Positions 40,005-54,132 of a DNA stretch of 64,000 nt are shown one piece after another. The notes below the pieces were generated by a model. The model was not told the DNA's origin and did not search any database. It saw only the letters and a program-made list of their open reading frames with translations. The position numbers and the translations under genes are program-made. Positions within the stretch are counted from its first letter, which is position 1, and each line of letters opens with the position of its first letter. This DNA is from Eledone cirrhosa. Taxonomy: Eukaryota. Location of the stretch: contig OZ024740.1 in assembly GCA_964016885.1 (NCBI GenBank), forward strand, positions 231,322,001 through 231,386,000, given 5' to 3'.

Positions 40005-40455
40005 TACACGAGTCAGCTGAAAAGTTCATAGACTCACCGAGATAATCTCATGGAATGTGACCAAATGAGGTTTATTTTTCAATATACTTTGGTCCACACA
40101 CTTCTTCCATCGGTGTTGCTGTGCTTGGATCCCATTGGGGAAGAAGATTTCATCCTGTTGGTCAAAAAAGTCTTGAACAGCCGATATGACATCATCATCA
40201 CTGCAATACTGGTTCCCAGCCAAGTATTTTTTTATGTTGGGGGATAGATAATAGTCAGATGGGGCCAAATCAGGATGATAGGGAGGATGATCAACCAGTT
40301 CAAAGCCACAGTCATGCATAGCAGCTATTGACGTGTATTCTGGAGCATTATCCTGATGAAACAAGACTTCTATCATCAGTTTTTCCGGGTGTTTGATCTT
40401 GATGGCCTTTAATAACAGCCTCAGCAAGATGGCATTGTACTCTCCCCTGATCGGT
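40005..40455 (-). mobile_element. Mariner transposon 3' fragment
   Basis: ORF 40026-40427 has HQDNAP and HPPYHPDLAPSDYY (mariner catalytic-domain motifs); TIR-like tacacgagtcagctgaaaagttc. Confidence 0.9.
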
Positions 40456-40896
40456 CAGCCAATGCCTTGTGAGTGGAATTTAGTTGATAGAAACTGCAGA
40501 AGCTCATCATTATGTGTGTGAGTTTGTGTTTGTGAGACTGTGTCTGTATTTATGTTCCAGAACTTAGCAATTCAACAAAAAGGGATTGAAAAAATAAATA
40601 AGTCCTGGGCTTGATATGATTGACTAAAACCCCCTTAAGGTGATTCCTCAGCATGACTGAAATAGTAAAAAAAGTAAGCACAATTATTATGACTTGCAGA
40701 AAAAGCACCCTCGGGTGGTTTTCTGCTAGTATGTGTAATCTGCATATTGATATTATATGCAAATATATATGCATGTAGATATGATAGGTCAAATGAAAAT
40801 AAAATTGACAATATGCATAGAAATTGAAGAGAGGCTGTGATATACTTTCTTCTGTAATCAGTAAAGTTATCCATGATACATTTAAAAAAGACAATA

Positions 40897-41745
40897 TCTA
40901 ATATATATTTGTGAAATGGGCGGTGGTTGAAATTCAGATGTGCACGGTTAAATGATAGTAGACGTGGTCGGACTGACATGAAAATTTACACACCTATCTA
41001 AAAAGTGCCAATAGACAAGGTTTCAAATCTCTAACTTGAAAAATGTGGTCCCTGGGGCCCCAAAACTATCGCGTTGGTGAGTTATTTCCCCCTGTTCTAA
41101 TACTTTTGTCTTATTTACAATTTCATACAAATTTTTAAACTCATCAACGTTCTTTCGCTGTTAACATACAGTACCAATAATTTGAAAAATATTATTGAAA
41201 GTTTATTATAAAGAAGCAGTTTCAGGAAAAAAAATAGAAATATGCACTTGGGGCTGGACAGCGTACAATGAGAAGTGGAGCGACATGAAAAGCGTTGTTT
41301 ATTAAAAGCGAAATAACAATGTCGATGATATGCAAGTTTGAAAATGCAGATTAATAAACTGTTGCCTTCTACAGTACGTTTCATTTTCACAGTACCGTTT
41401 TATGAAATCAATTCTGCAGTACGGTCACTGTTTTCCATCAAAAGAAATAAAACCCTTAAATTGCGAAGAAGGGACGCATGTTTTTATTTTAATTCTAATA
41501 CATGTTAACCACCACTAACAGTAAGTAGTACTTTACAAATTGCATATCATCGACATTGCTATTTCGCTGTTAATAAACAACGCTATTCACGTCGCTCCAC
41601 TTCTCATTGTACGCCACCCAGCCCCAAGTGCATATTTCTATTTTTTTCCCTGAAACTGCTTCTTTATAATAAACTTTCAATAATATTTTTCAAATTATTA
41701 ACTTAATAAAAAGTGGCCCCGGGTGCAACTGGGCTCCGCTGCTAG
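40897..41745 (+). mobile_element. Non-autonomous Helitron carrying a long internal inverted repeat
   Basis: A|TCTAATATATAT start and gccccgggtgcaactgggctccgctgCTAG|T end; ~165-bp arms at 41176-41340 and 41535-41700. Confidence 0.7.
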
Positions 41746-41904
41746 TTATATATAAACTGCATTATGGTGAAATGTTAAATGAAAAAGGAGAAAATTAGTG
41801 ATGGAAATTTAAATGTTATGATATAACAATGCAGATATATGAACGTTTATATAAGCGATGTGATATAGCATACGGCGAAGTGTTATGATATAATGGACAC
41901 TAAT

Positions 41905-42009
<105 letters not shown>

Positions 42010-42545
42010 GTATATTTATAAAGAACACAAGAGCGTCTACAACATCAAAAGATTTTTATTGGATTACAATGTTTCTTCCTTACGTAACCGTAGGATTCGT
42101 CAGAGCTATAAAAGGGGTTTGATTGGTGTTATGGACTCTACTGCACCATACTATCGACGCCACCCCATCTATGGTTCCGCTAACCACTCGACTCCCGGGA
42201 ATGAATATGACCGCAGCTAGTAAACAAGGACCCACACCCCACCCTCCCGCACCAAAATTAGACTTATCGTCCCCTACTTTTGCTCTTTACTCTCTTTACT
42301 CTTTGTTCTTGAATGTTTGGTTGGTAGAGTCCATAACACCAATCAAACCCCTTTTATAGCTCTGACGAATCCTACGGTTACGTAAGGAAGAAACATTGTA
42401 AGCCAATAAAAATCTTTTGATGTTGTAGATGCTCTTGTGTTCTTTATCATATATACGGCTCTGCTCCAAAGCATAGAGCTAATTATTATGCTGCCAATAC
42501 CTTAATGGGACACGGGTATACAATACCTAACTCCTATTAACCTAA
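42010..42545. mobile_element. Penelope-type inverted pLTR pair with a hammerhead motif in each arm
   Basis: Arms 42018-42141 and 42323-42447 are inverted. The right arm reads gcu-CUGACGA-auccuacgguuacguaaggaa-GAAAC-auu-GUA^agc-c-AAUAAA. Confidence 0.7.
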
Positions 42546-44091
42546 GTATATATATTTATATATATATCACATAGTTACTCTATCTATCTATCTATCTCTT
42601 CACACACACAATCTCTCTCTCTTCCTTTCTCGCTCTGTCTATATATATGGTAGTTGAAGTAGTGGTAGTTGTAGTTGGGGGTGATAGGGATTATATCAAC
42701 GCCATATGCTGGAAGTTGAAATTTGAAACTTTTAACAGAAGTGAATCTTGACAAAACATTATGCATAAAATTATTTATGTTAAATCAAGAGCTACAAAAT
42801 TTAGTATATAAGTTATATAATATACATACATGATTTATTCAAAGTAATCCAACTTATTTTAGTAACATAATAAAAAAAAAATAAGCTGGACACAGTCTCG
42901 CGCTCCTCCCTTTATTATATATAGATTTGAATTTTCAAAATATACAAATCAATAGAAATTAATCACTGAAAAAAGGAAAGATTCCAAAAATATGAAAATA
43001 TTGGCACACTCAATGACACATTATAACAGTGAAGGCTGATATTTTTCTCTAAACATTTTTGAGGTGGGCTAAGTCACAGCATTGCCCCCATGTGATGGCA
43101 AGGCTAAGACATTGGAATAATCAAGCACCCTTATCTTTAACCCTTTTGTTACAAATCCAGCCAAAACCAGCTCTAGTTCTATGAAATAAAGTCACCCATT
43201 TTAAAGGTTTCCAATTTATACTAAAATCTTCCAACATAAATTTAAGTTACTATCTTAGTAATGAAATAATTATTAGAAATAGTGTATTTCATAAGAAACA
43301 CATTCATGAAAGGGTAAAAATCATATGAAACTGTGACAATTACTTCTCTTAATTGTAAACTGCTGTACTACAAAATATTTTTCTAGTGTTATAACTTATA
43401 GATTTAAAAAAAACATATTTTAACCTATTTGTTGCTAAACCCACTTGAAACCACCCTCAGGTTCTTTGATTAAAAGAAAAACTGTTTATCTTAAAGTGTT
43501 TATATTTATCTAAAAACCTTTCATTATAATTTTAAGAAAGAAGTTTTGTTTTGTTTCAGGCACCAATTTAGTTATAAAAATGTTACTTATATTATTAAAT
43601 CTCTCCAAATTTCATCTATTTTTATGATAGCAAGGAGTGATTTGAGAGAGATTTGGCTGTTATTTCTAGCAGGTTGAGTGACTGTATAAAAGGCTCTCTT
43701 GTTGAGTAGTGTTATCTCAAGGTGGAGTGGTCTGAAGCAGTAGAACACCAGACAATATATTTTAACCCTTTTATTACTGTATCTCTAATAAAAGGTATTG
43801 CCTGTGATCTTCAATCAATGTTTAAAATAATAAAAAAACGTGGAGGGGTTTAATGATATAACTAACTTTCAGATTAAATTGGTGTTTAGAACATAACTTA
43901 GCAAAAGTTCTTACATAAAATTATAATAGAAGGTTTAAATTTAAACAAGAACACTCTAAAGCAAATGTTTTTTCATGACAGAATTGGGCAGTTTCAGGCA
44001 GGTTAGTATAGAAACTGTTAATATATCTAACTTTTGGAACTTTCGTGTTTTGAGGTCAAGTTAAATCAAAGTTCAAAGGTTATACAATAAT

Positions 44092-44268
44092 AATTGTTTC
44101 TACTTTCGGCACAAGGCCAGCAAATTACCCAGTACATTACTGGTACTTTATTTTATCGACCTCGTAAGGATGAAAGGCAAAGTTAACCTTGGCGGGATTT
44201 GAACTCAGATCGTAAAGGGACGTAACTATGCTGGAAAGCATGTCCAACCCTCTACCAATTCTGCCAAT
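44092..44268 (-). mobile_element. Abundant tRNA-like SINE (also 31605-31815, 38970-39160, 49062-49510 tandem pair, 49930-50072, 53521-53707, 54388-54579, 57985-58200, 59960-60200)
   Basis: Shared ctgagttcaaatcccgccgaggttaactttgcctttcatccttacggggtcgataaaataaagtaccagt body. Confidence 0.85.
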
Positions 44269-44332
44269 AATAATGTATTAAAGTCAGATCTTGTGAAAAA
44301 TAACTTAGTCATAGAAGATCTATCTAATTTAA

Positions 44333-44540
44333 CCCTTCAGCATTTACATTACTCTATTTTTACTATTGTATTTTCACAGTAAAGGCTTTACCTCACATAA
44401 TATCGAATCTATGAGATTTTGATGTTATTTATTTTGGTAACAATATGTTATCATTGATATGAGTGGCTAGTTAGGGCTGGTTTGAATAAAAAGAGGTGTG
44501 AGAATTCTGGTTGGATATGGCCGGTTTAAATGTTAAAGGG
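44333..44540. mobile_element. piggyBac-type MITE (related TTAA-bounded elements near 21010, 43140, 43765, 47729-47980, 49765, 59235)
   Basis: TTAA|cccttcagcattta ... taaatgttaaaggg|TTAA. Confidence 0.7.
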
Positions 44541-45299
44541 TTAAAGTTGTTGAAACTCACGTCAACCTCTATTGAGTAGATCAATTTAAAGTTGTCATTG
44601 AACCTCCAGTCAATCTCTATTGCTGCCATGACTCCCCTGCTTTCTAAAGGGTGTCTATAATTACAATATCTAAAGTGTCATTTCCTTTAAATAAGACATT
44701 AGGATGCGATTTAGGGGTTATTTATAGCTGGATAAACAACCATGTAGAGTCTCCTTCATTAGCTCTTGAAATAGAAGTAAAACATTGAAAACTGTTTAGA
44801 AGTTGTTTATGAGTGTCAAAGGGAGAGCAGTGGGGCCTGTGTAACCTCAATATTTATTATATTTATGTTATATTATCACAGTGAAAGCCTGTGACTTAGT
44901 GTTTAGGGTGTTCAACTCACAATCATAAAGTGATGAGTTCAGTTACCAAACCAAACATTGCATTGTGTTCTTAAGAAAGACACTTCATTTCACCTTTAGC
45001 AATATGAAATAAAGGGTCTTGCTCAAGTCCACAGATTTGTTAATTGAAATGTTTATAGTATCTTTATTAGTGGACAGATCGTTTTGAATATTTGTACTTT
45101 TAGCAGTTTTAATGTGAAGGAGTCATAGTGTTTTTGTGTTTTTCAAGAATGTCTAGATAATGTGATTTGATACAGGTTGTTAAGTGTTAAACAAGACATG
45201 CAAATGTAAAACATGTGTTCCAGCAAAAACTAAATTCTCAAATTTAGATATTGTAGTCTGCTGGAGTTTATCCGAGTTTTTAAGTCTATCGTAGGCTTA

Positions 45300-45640
45300 A
45301 GGGTAAAGACCCCTTTGAGTCATGAATAACCATGGGGTTTGCACCTAAAAAGTTCCCCTTCAAGGCACAAGTCTGGGCAAAGTTATTTATGGTATGGAAG
45401 ACCAGCAGTTACCCATGTATACTAGTTTCCCATCTCCATGCCACCAATGTTGTCCAAGAGAAAGGCAAAGGGCGATACAACTCAGCATCAGTTACATTGC
45501 AACTCATTTCTACAGTTGAGTAAACTGGAGCAATGTAAAATAAAGTGTCTTGCTCAAGGACACAACACCTCACCAGATCTGAGAATCAAACTCACAATCT
45601 TATGATTGCAAGCTCAACCACTGAGCTTTGCACCTTCATA
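45300..45640 (-). mobile_element. tRNA-SINE family (also 57283-57483 -, 58295-58610 +)
   Basis: Same head and body as the RTE-tailed SINE but a different tail (ccatgggatttgcacctagaaagtt). Confidence 0.7.
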
Positions 45641-46612
45641 TCATAGGCTACAGAATTAAACAGTAGCCTGAATGTTTACTGTGTTGAACTGTATGTGAAG
45701 ACTTATGTTTTCTGGTCCATAATGCAGTGTAAGTATGTGGGAGGCATTCAATAGAACATCTAATTGGTATGCCATGGCTATTTTAAAAAGTTGGCAAAAT
45801 GTCAAAAATATGTTGTTGTTTTTTAATAATTATTTGTCATGTAAATTAAATTAGCAGACACATAGTTAAATAGATAAATATAATTACAGTAGAAAATTAC
45901 AGTTTGAAATAATGAGTTCACAAAACAAATGAATATATATACTTTAAGGTGAAACAGTAGAATCTAAAGAAACTAGTATTGCTCAAATAGCAGGTGTAAA
46001 AAGTTAAAGCAGTATAGGTGAGTTAATCATGAATGAAAGGAGAGTTCTTATGCCATTGGATAAGCTTATCAGATATATTTTAGTCATCCTCATCATTATT
46101 TAATGTCTGTTTTCCCTGCTAGCAAGGGTTGGATGGGTTGTCACACACCAAGTGAGTGATTAATTGCTACTGACCCATGGATGGGCGGGGGGGGGGGGGG
46201 AGTACATCTCCCTTACAGCCCTTTACATAGTGTGCTAGGTGCATTTCATTCAGGTACCAACACTAAGGAAGTTGTCATATCTTTGATATGACTGAAGAGT
46301 CCTCAGCCCTTTGTTTGACAAGTATTCTGCTGTTGGATGCTCTTCCTATCACTAATCAATTTACAGAGTGTACTGGGTGTACTGGGTTCATTTTATCATG
46401 GCAGCAACACCAGAGAGTTTCTCATGCCATTAACACAGTTGAAGAGTCCTCGTTTTTATGTATAAATTTACAGGAAATTTACAGGGAAGTAAATCAGCCA
46501 CACTCTTTAAGTTTAAATACATGGCAAAGTACCCAAAATATCTAAAGTACAAAAACAATTGTTAAGGGACCTTAATAAAAGCGGTTTTGATAATTATATT
46601 GTTTTTGTATAT

Positions 46613-46646
<34 letters not shown>

Positions 46647-46775
46647 CATATACACACACACATACACACACACACGCACACATACATAGAGATCCAGAGT
46701 AAAATTGGGGTGGGGGTGGGGGTAATCACAGTTAAAAAAAGGTACTCAATATATTAGTTGAGTGTAATCATCAAA

Positions 46776-46848
46776 AAGGCTTCTACAAGACTAGAACTGT
46801 TTTATTCATATGAGATGAATGAAACAGTTCTAGTCCTGTAGAAGCCTT
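46776..46848. repeat. Foldback of two inverted hammerhead 3' halves
   Basis: aaggcttctacaagactagaactgttttattcat-atgag-atgaatgaaacagttctagtcctgtagaagcctt. Confidence 0.75.
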
Positions 46849-47540
46849 ATATATATATATATTTAATACATTAACAGAGAAAGCTTTAAGCAATACTCCG
46901 ACCGACTTCCATCTCACTCAACAAACATTAGGATATACCTTAGTATAATCCCAATTATACGTTTGGGGTGCTAACTATACGTATTTTGCGGATAGCCAGT
47001 TGTATTATTTTATATGAGACATAATTAAATACATCCCTCTTTCCAGACGATTGTTTCATTATAAGTTTTCTACAAGTTGGGAAATTAATGTCCAGGTTAT
47101 GTAGAAGCCTACACATAGTCTATAGGAATATATGCAGGTGGGCACTTATAAATCATCAGTGGATGCCCAACAATATCGATATAAAAAAAACCCTACCGAT
47201 ATTAACATTCAGCATGGTACCCGTCAGTGTTAGAGTGAGCGCTAAATTTTGAAATTCCAGCAGTCTCACAAAGAGAAATCTCACACCGTCACCAAGCGGG
47301 AAGGGGAGGTCATTGCAAAACATAAAAGGATAAAATAATATGCACACAGGTCAATTAATTCTGTCAAGAATTTTAACAATGCGTGAAGAACTCAATTGGA
47401 TATAATATATACACACACACACACAAACACACAAACATATATATATGTTTTTTTTCTGATAGTTCATTTATATAATTAAATTTTTTTAATTTTAATTCAT
47501 GTTTCTCCATTTCTTGTTCTCTCTCAAATTATTTTTAAAG

Positions 47541-47677
47541 GTTTGGCAAATTTTATGAATTTCCATTATTGTTCCAAAGCATCATTATGATTTTAACCAT
47601 GATTGTCATGATGCATCTTTGTGTCACAGTGAAGCAAAAATCAGAAATTATTGCTTCTAAATCGAGAACATTTACAG
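47541..47677 (+). CDS. SLC66A2: SLC66A2/PQLC1 second coding exon (137 nt, phase 2 to 1)
   Basis: aag|G completes the Trp codon, then FGKFYEFPLLFQSIIMILTMIVMMHLCVTVKQKSEIIASKSRTFT and G|gtaagt. Collinear with PQLC1 ([20 protein letters not shown], recalled). Confidence 0.92.
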
Positions 47678-50600
47678 GTAAGTTACCTATATTAATTCTG
47701 TGTCAAATCCTGAGGTACTGCTTATTAACCTTTTTGGTACCAACCCAGCTGAAACTGCTAATTCTATGATATAAAACTGTTTGATTTAAAGTGTTTATAT
47801 TTATCAAAAATATTTCCCATAATTTTATGTAAGGATCGTTGTTAAGTTATGTTCCAAACATATGCTTAATAATGAGAAAGTTTTGTTATCTTACTAAATT
47901 CCTCAAAATTCTTGATTATTTTCAAAATTATTTGAAAATTATAAGCAACGATTTTCATAAGAACTATGGTAACAAAAGGCTTAATATATGCTGTTAACTC
48001 TTTTTATGTTGTTTTTTTATATTATATCTACTTACATTTAGCTTATATTTGCATCTAAGGGAATCATGTTTCAATATTATAATAATGCTAATAATATTTA
48101 GGGTAATATTGCAATTGAAGATGGGAATTTCTGTTCAATATTCATGTTTTTTGGAGGTGTACTTCTCTGGTAATTACTATTGTGGAAAAGTCATTTTAGC
48201 CAATCAAAGGCCACAAAAAATTTAAACTTCACTTTCCATTCAGTAATCAGAAGAAAGGTGGTAGATGTTAAAAAGCCAAACTCACTATCTTCAATTTGGT
48301 ATTCATGCCAACCCTTACCTATTGTCATAAATCTTGGATAATGACCCAAAAAATAATAAATGTATGGTGAAGTTAATTCTTTGTGGGTTTTTGAATGACT
48401 AAAAGGACTCTGCTATGGTGTTTTTTCAGTTTGCTTTTTATTTGAAATATTTAATTTATAAAACTATGATGTTATCATGAAACAAACATGGGTAGAAGGA
48501 ATCAGATTGAAGAACTATTTAAAAAACTGTAATTTATATTTGAAACTGAACTAAAATTTATTTTAAAAAATCAAATCAGTTAATAAGAATTTCAATATTT
48601 TTCAAATCAAATTTGCTGCATCTCAGTTTTTAAAATTGGTATTTGCAATAGAAATAGAAATTAAAAAAACAACACTAATTTAAGAGGAAAAAATGCAATT
48701 AAAATTGTCCTTCCTCTTATACTAATTCAAAATCTTGTTACCTTAATTGCATGTTACACACACACACACACGATTGTGTGGTTAAAAAATGTCTTTGCAT
48801 TCATATGGCTCCTTGGGCATGTATCCTCTGCTAATGTCTTGTGTTGACCATTGCCATGCGAGGGAAATTTGGTGAACAGAAACTGTGCAGGAACCCATTA
48901 TATATATATATATATATATATAGTGTGTGTACACATATCATCATCATCATCATCATCATCTTCGTTTAACGTCCATCTTCGATGCTAGCATGGGTTATCA
49001 AATACGATATAACACTGAACTAATATAGGTTGTCTAATTTGCATGAAGCTAGGTAATTAAATAATGGTTTCTGATTTAGGCACAAGGCCAACAATTTTGA
49101 GAGAGGGGAAAGTTGAGTAAATCAACCTCAGTGCATTACTGGTACTTTATTTTATTAAACCTCTAAGGATGGAAGGCAAAGCTAACCTTGGCAGAATTTG
49201 AACTCAGAATGTAAAGGGACGAAATTATATGCCGCAAAGCAAGTTGTCTGACCCTCTACCAATACTGCCAATTCACCAACCTAATAATAATAATAATGGT
49301 TTCTGATATAGGCACAAGGCCAATAATTTTGGGAGAGGGGAAAGTCGATTAAATTGACCTCAGTGCATTGCTGGTATTTTATTTTATCAACCCTATAAGG
49401 AAGAAAGGCAAAGCTAACCTTGCTGGGATTTGAACTCAGAATGTAATGGGCCATAACTATATGCTGCAAAGTATGTTGTTTGATACTCTACCAATACTGT
49501 CAATCTACCGTAGACAGTTTTTCTATGGCTGAAAGCCCTTTATGACATCAACTAGTACTTTAATTTTAAGTATAGCATCTACTTCTTTGTCAAACTGAGG
49601 CTGTGTGAATTATTGTTTATGATGAACATTTACAATATGTCAAATTCACTCAAAATACATTGTTTTGCTTGAAGCTATCTTAGAAAGTACTATGCATTGG
49701 GATTGAATCTAATATCCACATCATCGTGAAGCAAACTTCTTAACTTCACGGCCATGCTTACATTTGACCCTTTTGATACCAAACCGCCTAAAACCAGCCC
49801 TTGTTTATTTTAAAATGTTTATTTTTATCTAAAAACCACCCTTCATAAATCTATGTAAATTTTTTTTATTAAGTTATGTTCCCAACACAAGCTTAATAGT
49901 GGCAAAGTTAGTTATATTATTAAATCCTCCAGCATAGTTACGTCCCTTTATGATCTGAGTTCAAATCCCGCCGAGGTTGACTTTGCCTTTCATCCTTACG
50001 GGGTCGATAAAATAAAGTACCAGTAATGCACTGGGTAATTGCTGGCCTTGTGCCTAAAGTAGAAACAATTATTAAATCCTTCCAAATTCTTGGTTATTTT
50101 CAAAATCATTTTAAAATGATAGACAGTGTTTTTCATTGAGATATAGTAGTGAAAGGGTTAAATTATAGACAGTGTTTTTCAATAGAAATATTGCAATGAA
50201 AGAGTTAAAGACATAAACAGTGTCTTTCATTAGGAATATGGCAATGAAAGGGTTAAATCAATATTTTTGATCATTATTTAAGTTACTCATTCAATATTTT
50301 GAAGACTAAACATTACTGTTGCTTGAATAACATGTGTGACCTGCTACATTTCAAGCAGCTATGAATTGATTCTAGTCCATTTATGAACACTGTCTGACAT
50401 CATTAGATGTAAATTTTCTGATTTCAAAATTCTTCAAACAGTTTTTTTCCAAATCCATTTTTTGGCTTATTTTTATAATGTTCTGACCATTTAAACAAAT
50501 TATATAAAATTATATAAGTTCAGATTTAATAATAGCATCACTGAATTTGAATATTTTTCAAATGTAGCAAATAAAAAGAAAAAATACCTACAGTGTCTCT

Positions 50601-51169
50601 TCTTCTTCTTCTTCTCCTCCTCCTCCTCCTCCTCCTCCTCCTCCTCCTCCTCCTCCTCCTCCTCCTCCTCCTCCTCCTCCTCCTCGTCCTTCTTCTTCTT
50701 CTTCTTCTTCTTCTTCTTCTTGCTGAGCAACGTCCTCAAAAACTCATTCCAGTGGGTCCTATCATAAGTCACCGTTTCCAACAGATCTGGCTGGATCCCC
50801 AAGCAAGACCAGCCAAGCTCATGGATGTTATCCAACCATCTTGCTTGGAGTCTACTGCTGGTTGGTTTTGCCTGTAAAATCTGTCCAGTCATCTTTCCTG
50901 AGACATTCTAACTACATTCCATAGTATTGGAACTGTGATCTCTCAATTCAGAGTAGATTACTATCGAGTAATGGTACTCCAAAGACCCTTTAGAGGTACC
51001 CCATGTCTTTTCCAAAATTCTTATCAGAAGAAAACAAACCCAATTAGTTATTATCTATAACTAATTATTTATTTTTATTTATTCCAAATTAATTGTTCCA
51101 TATAATAATGCTAGAGGTTTATCTGTATACAATATGTAAACAAAGGAAAGATATATTATAGTAAATATA

Positions 51170-51432
51170 ATGGCTTAGTGGTTAGAGCATTGGCCTTGCA
51201 ATTGAAAGGTTCTGAGTTCAATTCTCAGTTTACTCAGCTGTAGAAATGAGATGATAGGGACTGGGGTCCATATCATTCCACTGCAAAGTGGTCGTGTAGG
51301 TGCCACGGCAAAAAAGCACCCAGCACTCACTGTAAATGAGGTTGGTGTTAGGAAGGGCATCCAGCTGTAGAAATCCTGCCAGAATCAGTTCCCGTCCCAC
51401 CCTTGCAAGCAGGGAAAAGTGGATGTAAAATG
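51170..51432 (+). mobile_element. tRNA-headed SINE with RTE tail (internally deleted copy)
   Basis: Matches the 1561-1906 family. Confidence 0.85.
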
Positions 51433-53753
51433 AAATGAATGAATATAAATATTGGTGAATAGCTTATTCTATATAATGATCCAAGGTCAATTTTGACTTT
51501 AGATCGATAAAAAATGTACCAGTCAAATACTGAGGTTGATTTTTCCTCTATATCTCTTTCTCACTTCCATTCTCTAAATTCCCTATCCTTCTCTGGAAGA
51601 CACCTGCTGTATTTAAACCTAAAGAGGAGATAGGCTCTGCCAAGTTTTAAAATACCCTAGAAACGCTGTATGTCAATATGGCACCCCTACGATTCCTTCA
51701 GGAGCTACGGGACCATGCATGCATTGTTAAACAACATCGAAATAATTCTGTTTCAAGTTTTATCAGTACTTACCTGGAATTAGAGTAGTTTTGAGACAAA
51801 TTATGGCAGAACCTTTTAAGTTGTGTTCTAAACATTACTTTAATATATTGATAAATATATAGGCTGGACAAAAACGAGTCGAGCATGCTCCAATGGATGT
51901 GTGATGTTAATGGGCATGAACAACGAAGCATGGATGACCTGAGAGAAAAGCTCAATATAAAAAGAATCTGATGTAGTGTGCAAGAAAGAAGATTGCACTG
52001 GTATAGACACTTGATGCATATGGATGGTCATTGCTGGATGAAAAAGTGCCAAGAGATTGCAGTAGAAGAAAGCTGTAGTAGACTGAAGAAGATCTAGGCA
52101 GAAGTGGTGAGAGCTAATATAAAAATGCTGAATCTCACAAAGGTGATGAAGGAATGTATTGAATGAAGGGAGGCTATGCTAAAGAGGCTCTATCCAACCC
52201 ACGCAGGCATGGAAAAATGGACATAAAATGTTGACAATAAAATAGAAAGCTATACACACTATTAAATCTGGAATTCCATAATCTGGCTACCCCTATGGTC
52301 CAGCACATTGTCAATACAGATTGACAATGAAAGTGAGAGAACTGATAACAGTAGCTAAAGAAATTTAATGATTTAGTAAAAACCTTGTTTGGAAGCATTT
52401 CGATTGGTAGAACAATGTTTTGTGGCAATTAATTATGACCTGTTTCAAATCCTGCCAAAGTTAACTTTGCTTTTCATCCTTTCAGATATCAATAAAATAA
52501 AGTACCAGTCATGCTCTGGGAAGAAGGTTCTTATAACAAACTTAACCCTTCCCTCGAAATTGTGAGCCTTGTGCCTAAATTAGAAACTATTATTAGTTGT
52601 AATTCATTAATTTTAACTTTGTTTAGGTATCAATATATTTACGGAATGACTGAGAAAGACTATATTTACATAGGTGCTTCTGTAAATACAGTTATTAGGG
52701 GCCAGTTTCTATTTTCTGTTATCATGGGATGATAGTGCAAGACTATATTTTCATAGAGGCTTGTTTAAATAGAGTCCTTAGGGGTCTATTTTGTCATTTT
52801 TCATGGTTTATCAAAGCTCTAGTCCCAAGGTTGCTAGATTTTAGAGGGCCAAGCAGCAGTTGTTTTACATAACCAGTCTAAATTCATAATTGTTTTAGAA
52901 TTTTAGTTAGAAAATCATCAAATTTATCTAAATACACACATTTAGAAGATCAATTTATAACAGAAATGATCAATTGTAATACCCACCGACATACACACAC
53001 ATCTCATATATACCCCAAACCAACATAAAAAGAAAATTAAAACTAAACTACCAGAGATTCCCTATATATAATACAAAATAATATGAAGTTACAAAACTCA
53101 CATCAGTCACATAGAATACCAACACCCACCACAAACTTGAGTCATCTCAGAGTTTGTTTTCTAATATGATGTGATCATTTGCAAAAAATAATGTTTTCTA
53201 TGTGTGGTTGTTAATTAATTAAATAATAAAACAGGAGCACCCCAAAGAATATGAAGGAAAAAAATGTTAACAGTAAAGCAACAGACAGCCTTACATATAT
53301 ATATATATATATCATCTGACCTGAACCCCACAGTCTGCCAAACATGCATAAAGGTGAAACTTATAAGTAATGAACCCATGCAATCAGGGAAAAGCAGACA
53401 TAAAAACGATGATGATGATGATTATATAGAATAATATGAAATATATAACTATTTGACTCTACACTTATACAGTTAGTATTTTACTAATATATTACATATA
53501 TCATTATATGACCCACTTCTGGTGGATTGGCAGTATCGGTAGAGGGTCGGACATCATGCTTTGACGTATAGAGTTACGGCCCTTGCCATTCTGAGTTCAA
53601 ATCCTGCCGAGGTTAATTTTGCCTTTCATCCTTACGGGGTCGATAAAATAAAGTACCAGTAATGCACTGGGTAATTGCTGGCCTTGTGCCTAACGTAGAA
53701 ACAATTATATATATATATATTGGAAAATGTGTGAAATCCTTGGTACAGTTAGG

Positions 53754-54023
53754 TATATTTAAAAAAAAAAAGGAAAAGAATGACTTCACTTGTAGTTCTA
53801 AACAATTTAATTTTATTTTATTATATAATTTTTCAATTTGGTTTAGTAGATCTAGTAAGTTCTTTGTTAACTTTGGTGGGGAGATTTTTTTAAGAATCTT
53901 TAAAAAATCTCCCCACTGAAGTTAACAAAGAACTTAAAAATTGTGTAATTATAATATTATAAAATTAAATTAAATTGTTTAGAACTACAAATGAAGTCAT
54001 TCTTTTTTTTTTTTTAAATATAT
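53754..54023. repeat. Long imperfect AT-rich palindrome
   Basis: gaatgacttcacttgtagttctaaacaattt...aagttctttgttaactttggtggggagattttt is mirrored around about 53895. Confidence 0.85.
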
Positions 54024-54132
54024 ATGTATATACACATATAAGTATTAAAGGTGCAATAAGATTGCATTCACAGGCAGTATGCCAAGATGAGCACTCGATG
54101 CTATTGGGGAGCAGAGTATCAATAATAATAAC

